DNA of 64,000 bases from positions 1,612,001 through 1,676,000 of the forward strand of contig CM035357.1 of the NCBI GenBank assembly GCA_020137815.1. The letters are read 5' to 3'. The translations under genes were made by a program, and so were the position numbers. Below are positions 45,801 through 57,000 of the stretch, piece by piece; positions within the stretch are counted from its first letter, which is position 1; each line of letters opens with the position of its first letter. Origin of the DNA: Hormiphora californensis. Taxonomy: Eukaryota; Animalia; Ctenophora. Under the pieces are notes generated by a model. The model was not told the DNA's origin and ran no database searches. It worked only from the letters and a program-made list of their open reading frames with translations.

Positions 45801-48800
45801 GGTGAGTTTTAACCAAGTGGTTACCAAGTGGTTACTAAGGGGTTACCAAGGGGTTACCAAGGGGTTACTAAGGGGTTACCAAGTGGTTACTCGCTCTGTA
45901 AAACAAAGGCGGCCATTCTTGGTGAGATTTTATTTAGATCTGAGGGAGGGGGGTCGAAAGTTGTATCCAAAACTAAAAAAAAAGTAAATCTAACCCGCCT
46001 ACAACCTGTACATGTGTTTTTATCGGAGATATAAAGCTGGTATAATTACAAAAAAGTCAATATTATAACCCCCTACAAGCTGGTATTATACATGGTGTAC
46101 ATGTGTTTTACGTCCCAAGTCTGATAATGACAATCAATATATAACACATGATCTCTCCTGCAGCTCCCAATGAGGGCCAGGCAGAGTGTATCTTCCGGAT
46201 AACATGTGTAGTATTTGGTCCCTGGATTCTGGTGTACAAAGAGGGATGTCTGCCATGGTCTTCAAACCACCTTGAGGTAGTGTGGGAAATACTGGTCCCT
46301 GATTGGCTGATAACCAGTCACGTGACCTAAATAACGAGTTCTGATTGGTTGTTTACTTTACAAACCGCGATTACCTACAACTATGGCTCATGCAACTATG
46401 GCTCATAAAATCTATGAGCCATAGATGCATGCAACTATGGCTCATAGATTTTATGAGCCATAGATGCATACAACTATGGCTCATAGAAATGTGATCTGAT
46501 TGGTTCTATGAGCCAAAGCTAGTGAGAGTGAGTGACACGTGAGTGACACGTGAGTGACACGTGAGTGACATGTGAGTGACACGTGAGTTTTCGAATCATG
46601 TAATATTAAATGAGCACAAATGTAAACGATTTACATAATGATAAATCTAATATTACATAATTAAAATTACACTATCAGTTCATCTTGGATATAATGGTAA
46701 AAGGGGTCCTTCTTTGGACAGTTCATAGAGCATTTCACGTGAACCAGCAGCTCCTTAACACGATGTTTATTCAAATCTATGATCGGATAGGTACTAAACA
46801 GCCGCCTTGCATTATCACTATCAGGATCCACAGTAAAAAACTCTCCAACAGGTCTGATTTTCGAGAAAGTAGTATAGGTAGGATGTTCCCAGAAATTGCC
46901 TGGCTAAAGTTTCTGATCTTTCACACTCTTCCAAAACCTCCCGGTACTCGTTGAACGTTGTAGTGTTGTTCGTGACGTCGATAACAATTATAGCTAGTGA
47001 ATCCACTAACAAATTCTAATGAGCGGGATGGATATGTGACAGTGTCACATATCCACCCCCCTTACTGACACGATTCTGGGATGCGCCATTAGCAGAGTGA
47101 AACGATACGAGATACGAAACTTATGATTCGGGGGAGCTCATTAGCAGTGTGAGACGATACGGTATATGGAACATGATTCGGGGAAGCTTATTAGGAGTGC
47201 TAGACGATATGAGACACGATTCGGAGAATGTTTTATCGCTCTTTCTATCTATCTCTATTTCTTTTTGTCAATTATCTTGAAAACCAGATGAGATACCTAC
47301 TCATACTAATGCGAGGAAGCTACAAACTTTGGTGCCCTTATTTTTGTCCATACTCCTTTTCCTTTTTTATCTGGATGTCGGCTCAGCCCCGTTGTTTTTA
47401 GGGGGATATGTTGTTGTTTTAGATGGAATGGTTTGAATTTGGTATGTTTGGCAAGACTCGAAAAAAAAACCCAACGCATTCCATCTAAAACAACATATCC
47501 TCCTAAAAACAATGAGGCGAGCCGATAGGCTCTTATTACCAACAGTAGGGCACTAAACTCACCAAGTGTGTAGCGTCAGCTCGCATTATAGTATAATGGT
47601 AGGCACCTCCTCTGGTTCTCAAGTCCAAGATAATTGACAAAAAGAGATAGAGATAGATAGAGATAGATAGAAAGAGCGATAAAACATTCTCCGAATCGTG
47701 TCTCATATCGTCTAGCACTCCTAATCAGCTTCCCCGAATCATGTTCCATATACCGTATCGTCTCACACTGCTAATGAGCTCCCCCGAATCATAAGTTTCG
47801 TATCTCGTATCGCTTCACTCTGTAAATGATGCATCCCAGAATGGTGTCAGTGAGGGGGGTGGATATGTGACACTGTCAAATATCCATCCCGCTCATTAGA
47901 ATTTGTTACACTACAACGTTCAACGAGTACCGGGAGGTTTTGGAAGAGTGTGAAAGATCAGAAACTTTAGCCAGGCAATTTCTGGGAACATCCTACCTAT
48001 ACTACTTTCTCGAAAATCAGACCTGTTGGAGAGTTTTTTACTGTGGATCCTGATAGTGATAATGCAAGGCGGCTGTTTAGTACCTATCCGATCATAGATT
48101 TGAATAAACATCGTGTTAAGGAGCTGCTGATTCACGTGAAATGCTCTATGAACTGTCCAAAGAAGGACCCCTTTTACCATTATATCCAAGATGAACTGAT
48201 AGTGTAATTTTAATTATGTAATATTAGATTTATCATTATGTAAATCGTTTACATTTGTGCTCATTTAATATTACATGATTCGAAAACTCACGTGTCACTC
48301 ACATGTCACTCACGTGTCACTCACGTGTCACTCACGTGTCACTCACGTGTCACTCACTCTCACTAGCTTTGGCTCATAGAACCAATCAGATCACATTTCT
48401 ATGAGCCATAGTTGTATGCATCTATGGCTCATAAAATCTATGAGCCATAGTTGCATGCATCTATGGCTCATAGATTTTATGAGCCATAGTTGCATGAGCC
48501 ATAGTTGTAGGTCACCACAAACCGCCTTGAGGTCTAGTTCGGGATTATCTTGGGTTTTTTTACTGATTTGAGCACATCTATTATACTAAGTTGCAATTAT
48601 TGTTGAACATTAGGCATGTTGGCGCAATGTTTTGGAACGGTGTGTAAGCAGAAAATTATTAATTATTAATTATTAATTAATATAACCAGCATGTGTTTCA
48701 GGATGCGAATGAGATGTTACGAGCGTTTACAGAGTTGTTGAAACTGATGAAGGATCACATTACAGCTGATATTCTCATTGGTGATGTGACACCTCTTCTA

Positions 48801-51800
48801 AATAGATTCTGGTGGTGAGTAATATACTGAATGATTGGTTGTATTTACAATGTTGTAGAACCTAGATAAATCTATAACTTCTAGACTCATCTTGGTTCAA
48901 CGGTCTTTGATTTACTTCATTTTAGCACGGCCGTTCTCAATTTAACACGTACGTCAATCGATCCATTGTTTGGATGGGCGTGATGTATGATCCCACAATC
49001 AATTAAACAACTCTCACCCCTCAGTTGCACTTGCAGTATACTGCAGTAGGGGGTCTTTTTTTTCTTCAAACTGTTGTAATATTCTACCCTCACTCACGTC
49101 TCAGATGTTTTTATTTATAATATATTTCTCCCGGAACCTCTTCTCTCTCCTCTCTCCCCTAACAACTCTCTTCACTGTCTCCTAGGTATTATCTGGAGAT
49201 TCTGGGTCACCCCGTAGTACCCTCACACACCACCCACACCTACTACAACCAATCACAACTCGTTATTTAGGTCACGTGACTGGTTATCAGCCAATCAGGG
49301 ACCAGTATTTCCTGTTTCTTAACACCTCTCTCCCAGGTATTATCTGGAGATTCTGGGTCACCCCGTAGTCCCCTCACACATCACCCACACCTACTACAAC
49401 CACTTCTCAATGTGTGGGAAATACTGGTCCCTGATTGGCTGATAACCAGTCACGTGACCTAAATAACGAGTTCTGATTGGTTGTTTACTTGTTTCTTAAC
49501 ACCTCTCTTCACTAGGTATTATCTGGAGATTCTGGGTCAACCCGTAGTCCCCTCTCACATCACCCACACCTACTACAACCACTTCTCAATGTGTGGGAAA
49601 TACTGGTCCCTGATTGGCTGATAACCAATCACGTGACCTAAATAACGTGTTCTGATTGGTTGTTTACTTGTTTCTTAACACCTCTCTCCCAGGTATTATC
49701 TGGAGATTCTGGGACACCCTGTAGTCCCCTCTCACATCACCCACACCTACTACAACCAATCAGAACACGTTATTTAGGTCACGTGACTGGTTATCAGCCA
49801 ATCAGGGACCAGTATTAACACCTCTCTTCCCAGGTATTATCTGGAGATTCTGGGTCACCCCGTAGTACCCTCTCACATCACCCACACCTACTACAACCAC
49901 TTCTGGTCCCTGATTGGCTGATAACCAGTCACGTGACCTAAATAACGAGTTCTGATTGGTTGTTTACTTGTTTCTTAACACCTCTCTTCACTAGGTATTA
50001 TCTGGAGATTCTGGGTCACCCCGTAGTGCCCTCACACATCACCCACACCTACTACAACCACTTCTCAATGTGTGGGAAATACTGGTCCCTGATTGGCTGA
50101 TAACCAGTCACGTGACCTAAATAACGAGTTCTGATTGGTTGTTTACTTGTTTCTTAACACCTCTCTTCACTAGGTATTATCTGGAGATTCTGGGTCACCC
50201 CGTAGTCCCCTCACACATCACCCACACCTACTACAACCAATCAGAACACGTTATTTAGGTCACGTGACTGGTTATCAGCCAATCAGGGACCAGTATTCCT
50301 GCTTTTAACACCTCTCTCCCAGGTACTATCTGGAGATTCTGGGTCACCCCGTAGTCCCCGCACACATCACCCACACCTACTACAACCACTCAGAACACGT
50401 TATTTAGGTCACGTGACTGGTTATCAGCCAATCAGGGACCAGTATTAACACCTCTCTCCCAGGTACTATCTGGAGATTCTGGGTCACCCCGTAGTCCCCT
50501 CACACATCACCCACACCTACTACAACCACTTCTCAACTCTACCGTGGGAGAGCTTTGTGCCAACCTGCGATGTTATCCAGTCTATTCTGCGGTGTGTTCG
50601 GGGGAATAGGAGCAACATTGATCTTGTTATACATGTCATGACTAAGGTGAGTGCAGTTTATATATTGTTATTATACCAAAACTAATTGAAATTAGTAGGC
50701 CGGAAAGGTTGCCCTATGATTTGAGCTACCTTTGTCACCGTAACATTCACGGGGTACAGACAGGGTATAACAGATGCTTCTTCTATCTTCAAAAGGGAAT
50801 GTACTGGTGCCAAAGGTAGCTCAAATCATAGGGCAACCTTTCCGGCCTACTAATTTCAATTAGTTTTGGTATAATTTGCATCATTTTTGGGATTTTTTTA
50901 TCCATTTACATGTAGTAGAACAGGTACAGAGAGGATGGAATCGCGAAATTTTTATTTTTGACGTCATTTTGACGTCATAAAATTACGTCACGACGTTATG
51001 GCGTCATGATGATAACGATATATCATCAGGATTACCTAGATGAAGATACTGACCAAGTTTGAGATCGATTGGATGAGATTTGAGTCCGCTATAGCGAAAA
51101 AACCCATATCGTCATATCTATTTTTAAACAGTCATAACACTTTAGACGCGTTTTAAGACCCTTATACATCTAGTTTTGAAAACTCGCGATATAGTTTCTG
51201 AAAGTTCAGACAATTCTCTTTCCATGATATAGTCTTCGTTTTTCGATTAGAATCCGTCTTAAGGGTGTAAAATGAGCTCAAAGAATTTGTCTGAGTCTGA
51301 AAAATGACTACTTTAAGACGTTCTGTAGGACGTTCCTGGTGATGAAAAGGGACCTCACATCGACTAATGCACACACATCCAGTAGATCTACCAGATGTGA
51401 AAACGAGAAGTTTCTATCTCTTTTCGTTTGGCGTGAATATGGTTTATAAAAAGCGTCTCTCCTACGCGCGCGCGCGCACGTGCGCATATGTGTTACACTG
51501 AATCTAGGGCAAATGGGACCTGTCTGTAACTTCGGTTCCAGATGAGATAGAGACTTGAAATTTTAAACTTGAGTCAAAGACCCCAAGCCGGGTATACATT
51601 CCAAATTTCAAGTCAAACGGATGAAAGAGAGCCACGCTATAGCCTTCTGAAATCTGGGTTTTCAGGCAAAACACCCATAAAACGTATAACTGCGTTTCTG
51701 GCGGCGCTTTTGGGGGGAGGGGGAATGGCAACCTTTGCGCTTGCCAGCGCAGTGATGTCACGCGGTGTCACGTCATGAATATTAGGACTACAAAAATATC

Positions 51801-53677
51801 TGGTATATTGTGCAGTTAGTTAATTGAGTGTAGATTGTGAGAAGAGTTTGTTAGTTTTTCCACCCAGCTCACTGTACATTTGAGAAATTCCACGAGGGTT
51901 AGATCAGCCGCCAGAGTGTCAGAAATGATGTCATTCAAATTTCGAAAGGTCTACTTTTGTCCACTTTTTAACACGCGAAGATATTTTCAATCTGTCCTTC
52001 CCTTCTCTCTACCTCTCAAGATAAATAAGACGATGATCTAACCCTGCACATTAGGATAGCTCACACTCTGTCACTATCTCTCCACCCTTCCAGTAGACCG
52101 GGAGTAGACCTCTTTATCTTCTACAATTTCACAATCGCACACTTTAACCCAGGAACCGACCGAATCAGGAAATACTGGTCCCTGATTGGCTGATAAACAG
52201 TCACGTGACCTAAATAACGAGTTCTGATTGGTTGTTTACTTTCTCAATCGCACACTTTAACCATTAACGTCACACATAGCAGCTCATTCTGCTGATAAAT
52301 TGTCGTAGAGAGATTGTGTGGGGGTAAAGTGAAGTGTGGTGCAGGTCAGTTTGTTTGCGTGCTGCAGTAGTAGTGGAGGAATATTATTCAGGAATATGAT
52401 ATAATGAGCTGGACTAGTGTTTTAGTAGTAACCTTGCTGATGATGCATGTAGGAGGGGGATTCACAAGTAGAATGAGGTCTATATTATCCTCTTACTTCT
52501 CTTGAATCCCTGGTCTCACTGTTAAGATGCTCATTTCTATCCCATTTCTTGTCGCATCGCACTTGTCGCTCTCTTTTCTTCTTTTCTCTCTCTCTCTCAC
52601 ACTCTCTCCCAGCCTCATTCTTCCTCACTCTCCCCCTGTCTCTCACATGACACATCTAACATTCATTTCTCCCACACCATAAACAAACAAACAAACAAAC
52701 ACCTAATATCAGCAGGAACCAACCGAATCAGGAAATACTGGTCCCTGATTGGGTGATAACCAGTCACGTGGCCTAAATAACGTGTTCTGATTGGTTGTTT
52801 ACTTGTTTCGGTCGGTTCCTGAATATCAGACTCTCTCCTCTCCATCCAGGTTAACTGGAAGACAGGTGGTTGACGAGCTACAGAAGGAGTCCTATGCATT
52901 CGACACGCTGGTTGACACCCTTGTAACGCTCACACTCAACCAGGACATATTTACTAAATTTGAAACACAATTCCTGGCTATCACAGGCAGTTCAAATCAT
53001 TGGACCTTAGACTACTCAGTGATGAAGGGTAAGTCCCTGTCAATTTATTTGATTTAGTACCATTATATCGTTGTCTATCTTGTTAAGGGTAAGTTGTTTA
53101 ATGTTCACGGTGTCCCTTAAGGAGGTGAAACCTCGACTAGATATACTAGATATATAATATACTCATGGGATCACATTTCTCTGTTTGAAGCTAAAATGAA
53201 GGACCCCCTTCCTTTTGCTATCGGATGTGTGTCAGTGTGTGTATAACACTGATTTTCACTGCCTTTTTGTACGTGTGTTTGTCCTGTCAGCTTGTGCAGC
53301 TCTGTACAATGCACTCTTGTGACTTGACGATAAGCACCTATATTTCCATATTCTTCTATTCACCATTCCTTTATCTCTTGTTTCTCTCCTCTATTCTTCT
53401 ATTCTCTCTTCCATCTCTCCTTCCTACTTACTCTCTCTTTTCTACTCCCGTTTCTCTCGTTAATATTTATCGCCCTTGCTGTATTTTTCACATATTATTA
53501 CATTACAAATCTATTAGATAGTGTCAGATGACCATCTTGACATTTACGATATGAATATTTACGCATTTATAAGTATCACATCATCATCTCCATATCCTCT
53601 TGCCTCGACAGTACATCGCAATTGGACTGACGATAAGCTATATCCAACTATATTCACGTTCTCTCTCTTCTCTTCTA

Positions 53678-53766
<89 letters not shown>

Positions 53767-53927
53767 GTTTCTCTCGTTAATATTTATCGCCCTTGCTGTA
53801 TTTTTCACATATTATTACATTACATATCTATTAGATAGTGTCAGATGACCATCTTGACATTTACGATATAAATATTTACGCATTTAAGTATCACATCATC
53901 ATCTCTCATCTATCCCTTTCTATCTCA

Positions 53928-54009
<82 letters not shown>

Positions 54010-57000
54010 CCCTCTCTCTCTCCCTCTCTCTCCTAACAATCCTCCCCTTCATCCAGGTTTGAGAGTATCATGTCGAGAGTAGATCGAACTGTGCACCATG
54101 GAGATTATATCCAGTCAATAACATGTATAGGTAGGTGTTATGGTAACCATGTTATGGTAACCATGGTAACCATGGTAACCATGACAAATGTTTTCTAATA
54201 AATGCACAACTTCTATAATTATTCGTGTACATGGAGACAGTATGATCGTTACTAACGATGTAAGGGATAATATGATAGTTGAGACACAGATTACACATTA
54301 TTTTCCCGCCACATAAAGGAATTATCTTTGATTTTGTAACACGTGATGTCTCCTCTTTGTTTCTTTCATTAGTTCCTCTCTCCCTTTCACAAACAATGCG
54401 TGCTAGGCTTGTGTACTCAAGCACGATACACCTGGGTTCTGGCCCATCCCACCACTATCCTCCTACCCCCAAACTAAAACCACTCTCTCCTCTGCAGGTC
54501 ACCTGTTACAGTTCCTGGGAACGTTGTGCAGGTTCAATCAACTGAGTGCGAGTCACAAGAAACAAGTTACCTACTTTAAACACATCGCTAGCATCGTCAC
54601 CAAGATCTCCAACAATCAGGTTTGAACAAAATCTGTCTTAGATATTCAGTCCAGGAACCGACCGAAACAAGTAAACAACCAATCAGAACTCGTTATTTAG
54701 GGTCACATGACTGGTTATCAGCCAATCAGGGACCAGTATTTCCTGATTCGGTCTGTTCCTGATTTAGTCGGTACTAACGGTCGGTAAACTGAGCTTTGTG
54801 GTTATAAATTTGATATGATACGATATGAGTCACAGTACCCCCCCCCCCCCTTTTTGACAACCTCTTCTATCAAACTCTATCCTTCCTCAGCAATTCCTCT
54901 ATCCTTCTATTCCTCTTATATTCCTCAGCAATACGTGGAGAACCTGGTAGGAGCACTACTCTCCAACGTTGAACAAGTGTTCTACCTCTCCTCCCCTGAT
55001 GAACACATCACAGAGCTCCTCTCGACTATGTTGGGTGGAATATTCAACACCACCCCTGCTGATCCTACCACCCATACTGCTACTGCCAAGTTAGTCATGG
55101 GGGAGCATTGTTATAGTTGTTACTGCTACTGCCAAGTTAGTGGGGGAGCATTGTTAGTTGTTACTGATATTAAATATTGGGCCACCACCCATACTGCTAC
55201 TGCCAAGTTAGTGGGGGGGGGAGAGCATTGTTAGTTGTTACTGATCCAGCCACCCATACTGCTACTGCCAAGTTAGTGGACGGTGGACCACAATAGTTTA
55301 GTGAGCTGTTACTTTCTCACTAGCTGGGGTCGGGGGAGCATTGTTAGTTGTTACTGATCTATTAAATATTGGGCCACCACCCATACTGCTACTGCCAAGT
55401 TAGTGGGGGAGCATTGTTAGTTGTTACTGATATTAAATATTGGGCCACTGTACACTGAGTGAGCACTGCAGCTGCGGGAGCACTGTTACTGTTTCAATAG
55501 GGTATAGTTCAGAGTCTAGCTGGCCAAACACTGTTTAGTGTGAGCAACAAAATTTGATATTTAATGTCAAATAGTTTTGCCAAACTCACTATATAAATAG
55601 TTTTACTAAATAACCTCTCTCCCATAGGAAGGTTGAGTTTCATCTGAAGGACAGGGGAAGCACTAAGGATGGATTCTCATTTACCCAACTATCTCTTCTA
55701 TACCTTGCTGCAGTAACGGCCTCCCTTCACAACCTTAAAATGCTGACAGTCGCCACTGAGGTAATAGATACTAGGCCACGTGTTGCGTCAGTTGATTTAT
55801 TGTCTCACAAAAGACTGTCCTTTCCGAATCTAAACAGGGCCGAAGATACATTCATGTAGTATTACAGCTACTGTTCTACTCCTCTATAACCCCATCTCTC
55901 TAACCCCCATCACCACCCTCAGACGGTGATTGAAAGCTACTTTGTCCACTGTGAGAACAGTTACCCAGTCCTTAGCGTCAGTTGGAGGACCTTACGAGAG
56001 AGATTCCACCTGTCAGACATGATGTTCGATAATTTTGTATCCCACTGTATAGCCGAGAGTTGTCCTCTCAATCTCTACCTCTACACCACACACCTGCTAA
56101 TGAGGTAAAACTGATCAGTTCGGAAACTTTAGGGTAATACTCTTACAAGTTGGTCCAGATAGTTACTATCTAGTTACATTGGTTACCATGGTTACTTTGT
56201 GTTAGTAACATTACTACAAGTATAAAGTTTAGTAAGTTCGCGTGTGGCAACATTGTAACATTCCAGATCTACCCACTTGACAGCTTGTTATACTAATTAC
56301 CTACACTTTACTTGTCTATTAGGTCCTCTAATTGTGTCATGTCGCTGCTGCCTCCCCTCTAGATTCTGGACATTGATAACTTTACTAAGCTTGTGTAAAC
56401 CCTTTGAAGAACACAAAACACACTAAAAAAATAAGGCCACTAAACACTAGGTAGCCAAGTTTCCCCTACCTCTGGTACCAAACTACATGAACTATGACAA
56501 GTAAAAACTAAACTTTCATGTTTCAGAGCTGACGGCCCAGATGCGAGGTACTCTGTTGTATCAATGTTAGTGGATGCTGCCTCGCGGCTCTATCCCAAAC
56601 CCGGAGAAGAAGGGAAAATGTTGCTGATCTGGTCCAAGATTTTTGATATTTTATTAGATCTTCACCACACAGGAATACGGTAATTTCCAGGAACCGACCG
56701 AATCAGGAAATACTGGTCCCTGATTGGCTGATAACCAGTCACGTGACCTAAATAACGAGTTCTGATTGGTTGTTTACTTGTTTCGGTCGGTTCCTGTTAA
56801 GAACCCTCTACAGCAGTCTGCAGAATGATGTGAGATCATTGACCTCCCAACTTCTATCTCATTTTCTAATAAACACACTTAGAATACACACCTGTGTAGG
56901 CATCATAGTCATCAGTTTTACACACACAGATCCCTTGCCGTATTATAATAGCACTCTTGTAATTCTGCGGTGTCTCTTTTTTCTCAACGCCCCTCAATTA

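Noticed and set aside
46685-48189. Duplicated 89-aa ORFs as a gene pair or transposase
   Set aside because: Mirror images produced by the inverted arms; no ATG start or DDE motif.
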